DNA of 64,000 nucleotides from Lytechinus pictus (taxonomy: Eukaryota): positions 21,948,001-22,012,000 of the forward strand of contig NC_087252.1 of NCBI RefSeq assembly GCF_037042905.1, read 5' to 3'. Made by a program: the position numbers and the translations under genes. Positions 25,716 to 39,497 of this stretch are shown piece after piece; the stretch's first letter is position 1; each line of letters opens with the position of its first letter. The notes under the pieces are model-generated. The model searched no databases, was not told the DNA's origin, and saw nothing but the letters and a program-made list of their open reading frames with translations.

Positions 25716-26660
25716 TTTGATGTCAGACGAAAAGGAAACAGAACCTTTGACCTGTTTATTGCTTCCGTTGGATTAACTGATGAGGGTGTATACATCTGCC
25801 AGATGAATACGAAAATCCCAACATCTCGACAGATCGAGTTACGTGTAGGACGTAAGCTGATTAATTTGTCTGATTTTCCTCCCTTATTATCCTTACCAAA
25901 TGATGGATGCGATACGAATTGTGGCATATTAGCGCATGCGCCGCCTTTCTTCCTAATATTTTGTTTCATAACACACCATACACAATCGCAAACCCACACT
26001 ATATCCTTTTCTTCCCGCTCGAAGACATCCTCTCCCCCACATACACACACACTCCCATAAATGCACGCGTGCACGCACCCACACCCAGACATGCACAACC
26101 TTCCCCTTTGGCTTACATACTTAATATTTACCCGTGAGATGTCAAAGTGAGAGGCAAAATATAGCTTCTTACGAAAATGAATATCCAACATCCGTTAATC
26201 TCTCGATATTTTGACCCCAGAAATTTCAAAAGAATTGCATTAAAGACGTTTTTCTATCGACTTAGATTCGATAGATTCTCATCGATTTTTGTTTTCCCTA
26301 TTCATGTCATCGATTCATACTTTTTCCGTTCCTCATTTTCGCAAGGACCGTCATTTATCCAGGCCATCAACTATGGAGAAAGCGCCATTGATCTACAGGT
26401 CCAAACTCCTCTCATTACCGCCAACGAATCAGAATCGTTCTACGTGGATTGCATCATTACTAGATTCCCACCCCGCTCTTACAATGGATCTCATTGGCCA
26501 ACGATATCGATTCGGCAATGAATATGCAATAGTTAACGTAAATGGAGGAATCCGATTGGTTGTTGATAATGTATCAGGTGATGATGGGGGCGACTATACG
26601 TTTGCAGAGCGAGCAATTCATACGGCGAAGCGGAGAAAATAATCAGCCTGGTCGTGCTAT
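25716..26660 (+). pseudogene. Ig-superfamily relic, two exons (~25716-25851; 26346-26660), frameshifted
   Basis: FDVRRKGNRTFDLFIASVGLTDEGVYICQMNTKIPTSRQIELRVG then GTAAG (phase 1); next exon PSFIQ...TANESESFYVDCII / LVVDNVSGDDGGDY / VCRASNSYGEAEKIISLVVL then GTAAGT; DxGxYxC motifs of Ig V/I-set domains. Confidence 0.82.
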
Positions 26661-27565
26661 GTAAGTTGTACGCCTTCTTCATTTCTCGAAAGAAATAATA
26701 AAGCTTTGGTAACGGGTCAATAATGTGAATTACTGTTTAAGTAATCATTTTACATTCCCATCACAGAATTGTAGTGGTCCTTCTTAATTTTAAACCTATA
26801 AAATACAACTTTGGAACTGCATCGTATTAAGTACATTCTCTCGATAATGTTTTCACTTTCACTTTGAAACAGCCTTTTGATAACTAATAGGCCTACCTTA
26901 CAAATTTAGCGAAAGACTGGTTTATGTTGGTATAAATGCAGCATCACGCCTACACTTTTCAATTCCTCTGGGTTGGTGACCTCTTAATGCATTAAGATAT
27001 TCTATATAGTATTTGGTTGTAATTTGACAGGACACTGGTGAGATAACCTACTTCAACACTTCAGTTTGCTTTTGCCCCTTCCTGGCCAAAATCATTCCCT
27101 AGCTGGCTTGAAAAGAAACCCTCCTATAAGCATGATAAGGGGTATATTATTGTCACCCCAGTGACTCTTTATAGGTCATTTACAGTCATCGAAGTACGCA
27201 TATTTTTTTTCCTGGGGAGGACGTCTGTGCAAGACACGCAATATACATCCGGGGGGGGGGGGAGAGTCCAGGTCCAATAAATTTCCAAACACCCCCTAAC
27301 ACTAACAGTAACACTAACAGTAACGAGCTTTTCTCTGTGTGCAAAATTACTAGTAATACTGCACTTCCAAGTTCCAGCATGTTTTTATGCTCACATTTAT
27401 GAGGCTCAATATCTACGATTCACAAAACTGTTTGAATTCCGACTTCTAGAATTCGAGTTCTTGTCATCTTTGACTTCGTGATACAAAAACGGCTTTTCGT
27501 GGACAAAATACGATTGCGTAATCTTACTATTCTGTAATACGTCTAACAAAAAATCTGATGCTATA

Positions 27566-28550
27566 CAGAGTGAGTCAGAAAAAATGTCCCACTTTTGTAA
27601 AGTTGAATTGTTTAAAATATGAATATTTAATCATTAGTTTCATGATATGTCTTGATAGAGGTATCCTCCCAGTACATTCAGGTACCTTTTTCATTTGATC
27701 CCCTGCACGCATGACTGAACAGCGGACAATCTTTAGAAGACTGTCAGACCTCACTTGCGCCAAGTTACAGGGTGGGGAATAAAACACTCTTTTGAACAAA
27801 GATAGTCCGACAGACTGAAACACACACACACACACCCACACTCACACGTACACACACACAAACACACCGACAAGGCCGACCCAAACTGTAACTTTCTGTC
27901 GTGAATTCTTCTTCTCGTACGAAAAGTTGAGTGGCCGCTGTCCTCTTGGGGAGTACTGGCGGATGTTGTGCGTGTTGAGCGAACTGTTCAGCGAAAAACA
28001 GGCTTCATCACCGATGACAAGATCTTCAACAAAGCGAGGACGTCTTTGCAGTAGCCAGTTCGAAAATTGCCAGGAGCTCATGCCTACGTATCATCTGGTA
28101 CGGGTGATATCGTACATCAAGCCGGGCGATACGGTTGAAGGTGCTCTGGGTCAGCTGAAGCCCGTTCCTCCGGGACGAGATCCGTTGGTTGTTGTGTCGA
28201 ACGTGCCCCAACACCTGCCGAACTGCTTCGATGTTGGGCTGACTCCTTGCTGTTCTGCGACGACCTGAATGCCCTGAGTTGAGGTTGGTACTCGTTCCTG
28301 TTCGGTGATATTTCTGAACATTCCGGAGAACAGTCTTTCTGCTGGGACACCAAACATCTGGGTAACGGCGGCGAAACCCTTGCAAAACAACTGCTACACT
28401 CTGAGTCCTTGCATACTCGGTGACCATAAATGACCTATGTTGTGGTGTGAATTGAGGACGAACCATGATTCGTGTACTTTTGCTACTGTAAAAAGAGGCT
28501 CAAGTGACTGCTGCCAAATCAGGCAAGCCCTTTTATAGGCAAGTGCAACA
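27566..28550 (-). mobile_element. Decayed Tc1/mariner-superfamily transposon (DUF4817-type HTH + start of DDD/E domain)
   Basis: ORF 28026..28466 (FRRRYPD..PSRKT..KYHRTGT..SGRRRTARS..YHPYQ) frameshifts into 27842..28081 (LVIGDEACFSLNSSLNTHNIRQY...KVTVWVGL); TA|CAGAGTGAGTCAGAAAAAATGTCCCAC terminus at 27564-27592; truncated by (CA)n; other end not found. Confidence 0.85.
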
Positions 28551-31150
28551 AAAGCACAGACATCCATTGTAAATTTTCATTGTTAACCAACAAAAGACAT
28601 AACCAGCATATTGGATTTATATGCACTTGATGATGATGATGAAGATGAAGATCAAGATCAAGATGATGACAATGAGGATGATGATGATGATATGATGGTG
28701 GTAGTGAATGTGTTTTAAGGGGAAAGATTGTCGGGAATTGCCACTTAAACATTCAGCGATCTTGCTAAAAATCAATGCTTAATCAGAAAAGAGAAAATTA
28801 TGAACCAGTTATTACCATGTGTGGTGTGTGTGTTTGTGTGTGTGTGAATCGTGGTGTGAATGTTGATGCTTGATTTTGTACTGGTTATTTTCAATTCCCC
28901 TCTCTTGTATCAATCTGATTTGCAGATTCTTTTTTTTTCTGTAGCCTATTTCGCAAAATAATCTAAATTAACATATTTGTATATATGTCTGTTCATGTAT
29001 ATGCATGTATGTGGGTGTTGGGGTGTGTGTGTAAATGAATGTTGTAGCACGATGTAAAATGGGATTAGGGATACAATGATAATATGTTTTGTTCCGTTCT
29101 GTTCTGGGATGCAATGATAACTAATATGTTCTGTTCTGTTCCGTTCCCTCCGTTCTGTTTTATATAGTTATTAGTCAAAGTTACTTTAGTTCGCATTAGT
29201 TCTCATTGTTTATACCTTCTAATTCTTATGCATTATTCCAATTGATATTGTACTTTAAATTTGACTATGTATTGTTACTTTGATTTTGTTGTGCTTTGTG
29301 AACGGAAAATGAATATAATCTAAATCTAAATCTATGTTAGGTTGTTTCTGCAAAAATGATAGATTATTGATTATTAAGTTACATACTGTAACAGAGGGTT
29401 AAAGGACTCAGTTTACTTGTTGTTTTCTCTTAGGTAAAACAGTATATTTCAAGGTATTTCATTCCATCCTTATTTGCTTCAGTTTTTGGTAAATATTTTT
29501 GTGTAATCTTGCTGATATAAATGAAGATTTGTAAATTATGGTGTATTTATCTTGAGTTCATGTAAATCATGTAAATTATTGGAATGAAATCGTTAATAAA
29601 AACATGTTGGAAAAAAAGTGTGTGAAGGGCTTTTATAAGGGCGGATGTGTTCGTGTGTGACAGAGTGCATTTGTGTGTGGTATTAGTCTTGTAGAGATTA
29701 CTTTCCCATTGACATTGATTGAGGTAAAATCAATAAACATATGTAAAATTCTATTTAAACAAAAAGAATACTTGAATGCAAGCAGTGCTCAGACCTTTTT
29801 AACACCTTGTCTTATATGGACTGCAGAAAGCGTACGCTGCGCTTTCGCAAATCAATATTTGTGTCGATGAACCTCATGACGGAGATATAGATTTCACGAC
29901 GCGCACAAAGATATTTTGGTTTGGTAGGAAGGCAAATGTGAACGGATGAACGGCACAGATTTTTTCCATTCGAATCAACATTTCCCTGGCCATAATGGTA
30001 AATAAGATGGCACTGTTATAGATTTTTATCTCCAGAAAATTTTAATCATCATGAACAAAACGGTGAAAGTACAAAAAAATGATGAAGGTTGTGGAATTAT
30101 GAAGAGCCATTCTTTATGATACAATCAACAGGCAATATTGACTCCTGGGTCCCGTAACACAAAGGTTAGCGATTAATCGTACTCTTGATTTTTACGATCG
30201 ATTGTACATAGTACTCAATGCAACCAATCGTAGAAAAATGCTCTACGATCATTGCTAAGCGTTGTGTTACGGGCCCCAGGGCTCCGTAACAAAGATTAGC
30301 GATCAATCGCTAAATGGAGCGACCAATCGAGATCAATGTTGCACGCGCATTCGGTTCAAAATACTGACAAGGAACCAATCAGAAATCTCCTTACATATTT
30401 GTGCTTTATTGCTAAGCTTTGTGTTACGGTACGGGGGCCCGGGCCAACCGAAACGATTGCGTTTATTTCCAATGATAAAGGCCTACTAATCTACTATCGA
30501 TCGGTTTGGAGTCGGTTTCGTTGATGTGACTGTAGCGATAGAGACTTATGAATTCTATTTAAATCGGTGACAAGACATTTGCTCCGGGATATATATTATA
30601 CTTGCATTTTGTATTTCTTTCAAATATTCATTTATTTATCTATTTATCTACTTTATTCATTCTCGAATATTGAAACAGGGTGGCCTGTTCAGCATAAAAA
30701 CATACAATATTTGAAGAAGATAGTAACATGATATTATGAGATACAAAAAAAAACCCCGGAACAAACAAAAAATAAAAATACGATAATACGTTACGAGATA
30801 CAAATGACAAGATACATATTCAAATACAAACATTAAAAGCTGGTCTTCTTCAGGGCTCTTTCATTATTATACGAATATTAAAAATTGATGAGTGAATGTT
30901 TACACAATTATACACATATGGCGATGTATTACATAGTACTAATAAATTTAATTTGGGAATAAAGAAAACAACAAGCAGAAGACATACCGCATCAGTTGGT
31001 CATCGTATCAATAAATATACATGTACATCGAGAGAAAAAAAGCAACAAGAAAAACGACCTTTTTCAATTTTAAAATATATGGAAAGAAAGATGGGTGATT
31101 AAAAGAAAGGAAAGACAAGAAAAGAATAGGAATAAAGAAGTGTATTTTAG

Positions 31151-31696
31151 GCCGGGGGGGCACTTAGATTGACCAGTGGATACCATGCGCGACTTAAAAA
31201 CACGTAAAAAGGATGTCTTTTTTCAAGATAGGGCCTGTTACTTACGTAACGTAACAAGGGTGTCAAAAACACTAAAATTATGAAAAAAAGTATCTATTTT
31301 CGCCAGGAAGGCTACGTGTTTAGGGTCACATTTGCGAGGGTATAGAAAAATTAAGACTAAAATGTTTTATAAAGCATACACTTTTCGCCCCAAGAGTCAA
31401 CACTACGTGTTTAGAATACGATTTGCGTGAGGACTGTGGGAGGTGGGGCTGTACTAAACCCAATGATGTAGGTAAAGGTAAAACCGACGGCCGACCTCCG
31501 TGACATAACAATTGAAATGTCGCTGTACTTGTTTAGGGGTTCAATTCAGAAAATACTTGCCAATAGTATCGTTTTGTTTCCAATACTTGTTAAGGGGGTG
31601 CATTTTCAGAATATGGAAAATACGTGTCTAGGGTGCTTTTCGAGACCCCATGGTCGCGCATGGTATCCACTCGTCAATGGAAGTGGCCCCTCCGGG
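31151..31696. mobile_element. Non-autonomous DNA transposon with ~45-bp TIR and ATTTTAG(G) TSD, D-specific
   Basis: gccggggggggcactt...agtggataccatgcgcgac / gtcgcgcatggtatccact...aagtggcccctccggg; empty site at ~12765 in C. Confidence 0.8.
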
Positions 31697-32339
31697 ATTT
31701 TAGGAACGGAGCGGGCAATGGACAATATTGAATGATAGTGTTATAACAAGATTACTGGTTAAAAGGAACGATGTGATTTGTCTACATGTGTTTAGGTAGG
31801 TATTTGAAAGAATGAAGAGATTTTGAAAATATTTAATGCTCAGGCATTTGGTTCCGATTGAATGAGCTTTGGGTACAGGAAATCTTTATTTCATGTAATG
31901 TTATTCACGAAAGTAATTTTTTTTTACTTTAGATATGATTAATCAATGATGAAAAGTTCTTCATTCTCATGTTCCCATTTTATATTATTAATACTTATAA
32001 TTATTATTTTTTGGTTCCAATTGAATGAGCTTATATAGGTACAGGATATCTTTATCTCATATAATGTTAATCACGAGCGGAATTGAATTTTTCCTTTAGA
32101 TATGATTAATCAATGATGAAAAATTCTTTATTCTTAAGTTCCCATATCATTTGAAATAAAAATGAAAAGAAAATATTGAAAAATCTCGGTGGTCTTTTAT
32201 CATTTGAAGTATAAAAGGGTATACGAAAAGGAGCTCCGGAATCTCGATGCCCTATCAAAAGAAAACATATAAAAAAATCATCTTTAATCTCAAGTTCCAA
32301 TTTTCCTTTACATCTATGGATTTTTATACTCATTTATAA

Positions 32340-34260
32340 CTGGCTGTCGGTTTAGCTTGAGAAAGCATCACAATACACTCACATGCTATCCTGTCTCTCA
32401 TCAATAAAGTAGCAAGCTCTCTTGATAATGGTTTTCATGCAATAGGAATATTCTTAGATTTCTCTAAAGCATTCGATACAACAGACCACAGAATTCTTTT
32501 ATATAAACTGTCACATTATGGTTTCAGAGATAATAGATCGGTACCGTAATTATTTACATGAACGCCAACAACATGTCCGAATTAACAATAATGTATCACA
32601 GCTGGGAATATTACCTGCGGTGTTCCTCAGGTTTCCATACTTGGCCCGCTGCTTTTTATACTTTATATCAACGATTTTAGAAGATCCTCGGATTTATTTT
32701 CATTTATTATGTATGCAGATATGACACCGATCTTTTTTTTACAGAAACATCGAACTCTTAGTCAGGTAGTCAATTCCGAATTAAATTCCGTGGCAACATG
32801 GTTAAGGCCGACAAATTATCCCTTAATCTAGACAGAAACCAATTTCATGTTATTTAGTAATACATTAATCGAATTATAATAGATAACATACACATACAAC
32901 AGGAAACTACCACAAAGTTTTGAGGTATATTCATTGAGGACAAACTTTCATTGAAACATCACATTGACAATATATGTAAGACACTAGCGTACCTACGGGG
33001 GGGGGGGGGCAGAGGGGGCAGTCTGCCCCCCCTGACGAGCTACAACCCATGCAAAGGACGTATCCCTGCCCCCCCTGACAAGCTTGAAGATCTTTATTGC
33101 CCCCCCCCCCCTGACGAGCTTGAAGACCTTTTTTTTTTTTTTTTTTTTTTTTGCTTGTCAAATTTTTTGGCGGACGATTTTGCCCCCCCCCCCCCTGTGA
33201 AACATCCCAGGTACGCCACTGATGTAAGATGATATCTAGAAACGTTGGTGTTATAAACAAACTCATATGGATATTCCCCCGAACATTCTTAAATCATTAT
33301 GTTCAACATTAGTCCTACCCCCCTTAAAATTACGGAATACTAGCATTTGGGAAATAGTGCGGCGTATATGTTAAATAAATCATTATTGTTACAAAAAAAA
33401 AACTTTGCGGATTATAAGTCAGGTTAATTTCAGACACATAGACGGTCTCTTTATGCAAACAATAGTCTAAAAATTAACGATATTCATCGATTGAATCTGG
33501 CAGTATTCATGTACCAGTGTAACAACTACGAATTACCTTCCATTTTTGACAATATTTTTCGAATAAATAATGAAATTCATCATTACCCAACTAGGCAAAT
33601 TAAGTTGTAACACCTGCCAAGAACTCGTACAGCACTTTCACAGAACACTTTTATATTCACTGCCCCCACAGTTTGGAATTCTCTTCCTCTGATTATAAGA
33701 GAGATTTAAAGCTTAAAAACATTCAAACTAAAAGTTACAAAATCACTTTTTGCCTCCTACTCCCAACAAACCCCCTCGAATATTTGTTAATTTACAGATC
33801 CCATCTCCGACCCTTTCCCCCACTCTGTTTTTTCTTCCCCCTCATCTTCTCCATTAATATTCTGTTGTATCTTTTTCTTTGTGGAGCACCTCACAGCTTT
33901 GTTCAGTTATTTTTATCATACATGGTCATGCATTTATCATCCGTGAAATCAACATCTGCTCACACTATAATCTCCTACTTACGTTCTTTCAATATGTCCG
34001 TACTGTTCAAGAGATCACACAAGCATTGCTTCTAAGCTGGTCTCTTTTTTAATTTCCTTTCCCCTTTTTCAAGCATACATACATGTACAGCGATCATGTT
34101 CTTTGAAAAGGATTTGATTTATCTATGATGTTTGTTGTATATTGTTTGTCATTACGAATTTGCAAGTGTATGCGCTTCCTATGATTGATTTGAATTGATT
34201 CTGTATTTGTTTCTTTCATTTGTATTATGGAAAAATAGATAGAGAAATTAAATAAATCTA
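32340..34260 (+). mobile_element. Duplicate of the LINE relic, retaining its 3' end; interrupted by a hAT MITE
   Basis: Homologous to 13230-14050; continues through IHHYPTRQ / APTVWNSLP-like C-terminus and 3' UTR. Confidence 0.85.
32982..33221. mobile_element. hAT-type MITE, 8-bp TSD ATGTAAGA
   Basis: ATGTAAGA|CACTAGCGTACCT ... AGGTACGCCACTG|ATGTAAGA. Confidence 0.85.
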
Positions 34261-35301
34261 TAAATTCTAAAATTCAAAATGTATTTATTAATCATTGATT
34301 TCATTCGAAACTTAACAAAATTTATTCAGAATATCGGTAGTCTTTTATAATTTGTATGAGTAAAGCATACGAAAAGAGCTCCGGAATCGCGATGCCCTAC
34401 TAAAAGAAAATGAGAAAAAAAAATAAACCTATAATCTCAAGTTCTCACTTTCTTTTATTTTTTATAATTTTCTATTAATGATTGATTTGATTTGTTATGT
34501 AAAAGAAAATATTGAAAACTTAACTCCAAACTCTCGGTTTCCTTTTATAATCTGAAATATAAAAGAAAATATTTGAAGACATCTGAAAACTCCGTGCTCT
34601 ATAACCTTGATTATATCGATTTCTGTAATAACAAACGAAATTTAACTTTCTATAAAATCACGATGCTCTGTTAAAATGATTATATCGTATTCTGTAATGG
34701 AAAAGAATTACTTTCTATGACCATTTAATTCTCGCCGATCTTCCGCTTCTTTCGAATACAACCTAGATATCGCATTCTTTCTTTGGCCCCTCGTTACATC
34801 CGGGGCCTGTTTCAGACAGAGTTGAAATCAGACGCAACTCTAAAAATCAATCGAAAATTTCCAACCAATCAACAGCGCGCATTTCTGTTTGACTTGCGTA
34901 TAAACGCAACTCTTTCTGTAACGGGCCGCCAATCGATGAATGACTAACATGAAAGAACAATTCTGATTGGTTCCTAGTAAGTCTACTGAGCAACACGCGT
35001 ATGCAACGATGATCTTGATAGGCCATTTTATTTAGCGATTAAACGTATATCTTAAGCTCTTACTTAATATCTTACATTGAAATAGTACCAATCGTCTTTG
35101 ATTCTTTTGATCTATTGAAAAAGTGATATGCCTATCAAAGGACACTGCCTTGTATGATATACCTTTCAAAGGAAACTGCCTCGTATATAAGTCGAAACAT
35201 TTTAGTATCAAAATACTACCTTAAGTGATGGTCAGCAAGACGGCCACTGGTAAAATTCAAAACTTTAGAAACATATAATTTCCAGCTTCGTAGTGAGAGT
35301 C

Positions 35302-36078
35302 ATGTACGGGGACGGGAATACGACCGACGTTCTTCAGGAGCAAGAAACAGCGACGGAAACGGATGAGAGACGAGGTATCCACGCCCTACTCCTACCGCTG
35401 CTCCTAGTGGCCCTCATCATCACGACCAATGGTCTCAGCCTGGCAGCATTCGCTGTCGAGAAACGACTCCGTGGCTACAACAACTACTTCATCATAAACC
35501 TTGCAATCTCGGATTTTCTCTTCGGGATCGTCCTGATTATCCCCTGCATACACACTTATCTTGGTCATTTTCCACTCCCCGGTGATGACTGGTGCAGCGT
35601 TTTTAACGGCGTCAACAGCAGTGTCGAATTCGTATCTATTCTGATCATCGTCACCATCTGCATCGATAGACACCGAGCGACCTACAATCCCATCGGGCAT
35701 TTCACCACAAGGAGCAAGCGAAAGGCGATCTACGCTAACATCGCCGTGTGGGTTGCTTCGCTCCTTTTTTGGTTCTCGTTCTCGACAATTCCTGAGTTCA
35801 TTCTTGGGTACACCAGTAGTTCAGCTTGTTTACCATGGTATGCGAAAAACCCGACCATTCATTTTGTGACGATCTGCATGCGGTTCACCGTGCCTTTCAC
35901 CATCATCCTAGTCCTCTACATACGGATCTTCGTCAAGATTCAGCAGACGGCGGGTCGGAAGCACATCCACAAGGAGTTTGTTGCCAGCATCAGCCAGTCA
36001 GGACAGGGGAAATCGGAGCAGGAAGGCGAGGAGGATGGAAATGACATGGAACAGCGCCCTCAAGTTACCAAGGAGAAA
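35302..36078 (+). CDS. GPCR D, exon 1 (259 codons), tandem duplicate of C
   Basis: ATG at 35302 in ORF 35293..36231; AAA|GTAAGT donor at 36079. Confidence 0.95.
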
Positions 36079-39000
36079 GTAAGTATTCAAGCAGTCCAAT
36101 TATTCTGCAAACACAGACTTAACTTTGACACTTTAACGAATATTATGGGCAATTCCATAAACTATTTACATCCGACCCCTATATGTGGGACCTTCATGAA
36201 ATTTTCTGTCTCTGATTATTTGTTCTTTTGACAGTCTGTAAGTTCTCAAAGGACCATGACTTGGTCAGTTATGAAGTGAAGTAAAACCTGAGAAAAAGGG
36301 GGGTCGGATGTACATAAATTTTGATTATGGCTCTCAACTTGCAGTGGCGTAACAGGCGGGGGGCAAGCTGCCGCCCCCTTGGCGGTTTTCACCGGGAAAA
36401 TAAAAAAAAACGGGAAAAGAGAATAGGGGGAAAGAGAGAAAGGGAAAGGGGAGGAAAGAAAGAAAAAGAGGAAAGGGAAAAATGAAAAGAAAGGGAAAGA
36501 AAGAATGAACACAAATAGGGAAAATGGAAGTAAAGCGGGAAAAGGAAAAAAGAACACGTGAGGAAATACAAATATCCTGAAATACTAAAACATTAGCATG
36601 ATTAGCAAGATAGTGATTTAAAATCAAAAGATATGACTCAATGGCACTGGCAAGAATGGCGTTAAAATGGGAGAAAAAGGCAGAAGAAACGGGAAATAAA
36701 GGTAGAACCAAAAGCTCAATTGGAAAATCAAAATATAGAAAAAAGGGACGAGAAAAAAAAGGAAATGACTAAATAACAAGACCGGGTTGCCGAGGATTGA
36801 AAAATATAAAGAACGGGAAGAAAGGTGGATGGCGTCTATATAAGCCTGCTAAATTTTATGCAATAATGGTCACAATCAGGACAAACAATCCTGAGAAAAA
36901 TCCTTAACCAAGGGCTAGTTATATCCCCCGATATTATGTCCTAAACTTAAGTAAAGCTTTGCGCTGGCTAGATTTACCGTAAAAAGCCTGTTTACTTTGG
37001 CTAAATTTTCAAAGCTTTCAAGAGTTAATTTGGCCCGCTGCTTTTTATACTTTATATCAACGATTTTAGAAGATCCTCGGAGAGTAGAATTTAATCATTT
37101 TTAAAAGCCAATTTTTTTTATGGCTCGCTTCGCTCGCTGGCGACTTTTACAAATTTATCCACATTTTGCTATGTTGTGCTGCCTCAAAATATCCGCAACT
37201 GCGTTGAAGTTAGTATGTGCTGTGTATGTACCCGTGATTTGATAAAACAGTGGCCATCTGCAATGTTTAAAAATATCACGAGGTTCCGGGGGCTCCGCCC
37301 CAGACCAGTGACGGCACCAAGGGGGAGGCACTGAAGACATTTGCCCCCAGTGAGTTGGCCCCACCCCCGAAATTTTGAAAAAAATGTATAATAAATGTTG
37401 TCATAAGCATCCTACAAAAGCTGCAAAGTGCTACAAAACGGCTTTTTCGTTCCTTAAATTTTAAAAATTTTATCATCCATTCACTGTTAGCTCCCAATAA
37501 TGTCACTAAATCTTTCAGGTCATTATAAAACATTCAAAATGTCGCCCGCGCTATACACGCACGCAGTAGCTTTTGACTAAGATAAGTAAATTATCTGTTC
37601 AAATGGGGCTTAAAATCCAATTTTCAAGTCAATATGCCTATGCTTCTCGCGATTAGAGTTTTCATTATTCGTTTTAGCAAGATACGATTCCTGCCTTCTC
37701 ATAATTTTCATAAATAAAAAAAATTCATAGAAGTTTAATTAGTTGGCCATCAAATTCATGATTACAAAAAGTGCTTATAGAACGTCCAGTTATCATCTCA
37801 GGATGTCAAAAATTTCAGCTTTCGCTTCGCGCTCGCATTATTTATTTGGTGAGATATCATCTTCATGGCCCAATGCAAACAGCTAGTCCCTAACAGGTCT
37901 CTGTTCAAGTCAGTAGGATCTACATTAGAAAATAATAGCTCGCGCTTCTTGCTCGATTTTGAGAATTTTGCAAAAATATTTGTGTGTTGACCCGCCCCCA
38001 AATGGTTTTTTTGCATCCCCGAGGTTAAAAATCCTGGGGCCCCCATTGCCCCTGACCCGGTCCGCAAAGCACTGGCCCCCGAAAGTTCTAACAAAAAAGA
38101 AAAGATAAAAAAAGGAAAGGAAGATGTGAGATATGATGTTATTTTCTGAATACCATGTCAAAATCAATCTCAAATTTAGATGCTCGTGAAAAGTTGATTA
38201 TTTTTCTCGCTCGTTTCGCTCGCTCGGAACTTATATTTAGCATCTTTTTGATGCTCGCGCCACGCTGTGCCCCCTCTTTTTTTTTTTTTTGGGGGGGGTA
38301 ATTATCACGAATTGGGCTTCGCCCTAATGCTCGGGGCACAATCATAAAAATGTATGTTCATACCATGATATGACCAGAAAATTTTTGGCTCTTGCCCCCC
38401 ATGGCCACCAACCCCTGTTACCGGCGCCCCTGCTCTCAAGTGGGGAGGGGGACTCACGGGCCGCCTGCCCACTGGATCCGCCACTGCTCCCCAGGGAGTG
38501 GAAATTGTGCACTTTTCAAGCTGGATTGAAATGAATCAAATGACCAGGGTAATAATATGCTTTAAAGCGCGTTGAGCCGTTATGGGAAAAGCACTATAAA
38601 AATAAGCTATCATATCATTATTATTATAGATGTTTATGCACTGAGTTATAAAAATGCTTAAGCACTGATGATAACCATTGATATTTTGGTATTACATTTT
38701 AATCCTGATTGATTAAATGCACCATAGACACTCGAAATTGATATAAGTAAGTTATTATTTATATATCATGGTAACGAAGCAAGCTAATTATTTGAAATGG
38801 CTGAATCCAAAAACGTTAGCGTCTTAAGGGCATACATTTCTGACTCAATCCTCTGAAAATAAGTAGGGTTGTTACATCCACAAATGTAATAAACGCCCAT
38901 AAATGTAATAACTTTTGGCGAATCTGTTCCAAACTATAGCATTCATATGGCGCAAAGGCACAAAGTCTCTTCTCCAGACCCGTATATTTAAAACATTATG

Positions 39001-39497
39001 ACGAATCTCCCAAGACCCCATAGTCTTATCAATGTTGAATAACATGGAAATATAGCGCAGTCCTTTCTACAGACCCAGTTATTTCAAACTTACAAATCAT
39101 ACAAAACCAAAAAAAATAAAAATCTAAGACCCAACAATCCTTTAAACTAAGAACCTGAAATAAACAAAGGTTTAGAATGTTGGCTTTATTCCAGACCTTA
39201 TTATTTCAAAAATTAAGAAAATAAATCTTCAAAACAAGGATCCAATCACATCCTGATTCCTGTGAAATAAAACGAGAATTAAAGCATAGTCTTTCCTTTA
39301 GACCTGGCATGATATTAGGATTTTTAAAAACAAATAAAAAACGAGATTATTAGATTCTACCATCTCCCTTACAATGAAATAAGCAGCAATCAATATTTAA
39401 TTTAGTAGGGGGTCTTAGTCTTAAGGTTAATTTTCTGTTGTGTTTTTTAATGTGTTTTTAGAACTGTGTGTTGTTCATTGAACAACACACAGTTCGT

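Larger units (their letters stand above)
8790..27160 (+). repeat. Tandem segmental duplication, copy 1 (gene C block)
   Basis: Colinear with 28820..47555 from 'atcgtggtgtgaatgttgatgcttg' to 'attgtcacccc'; differs by copy-specific TE insertions. Confidence 0.92.
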
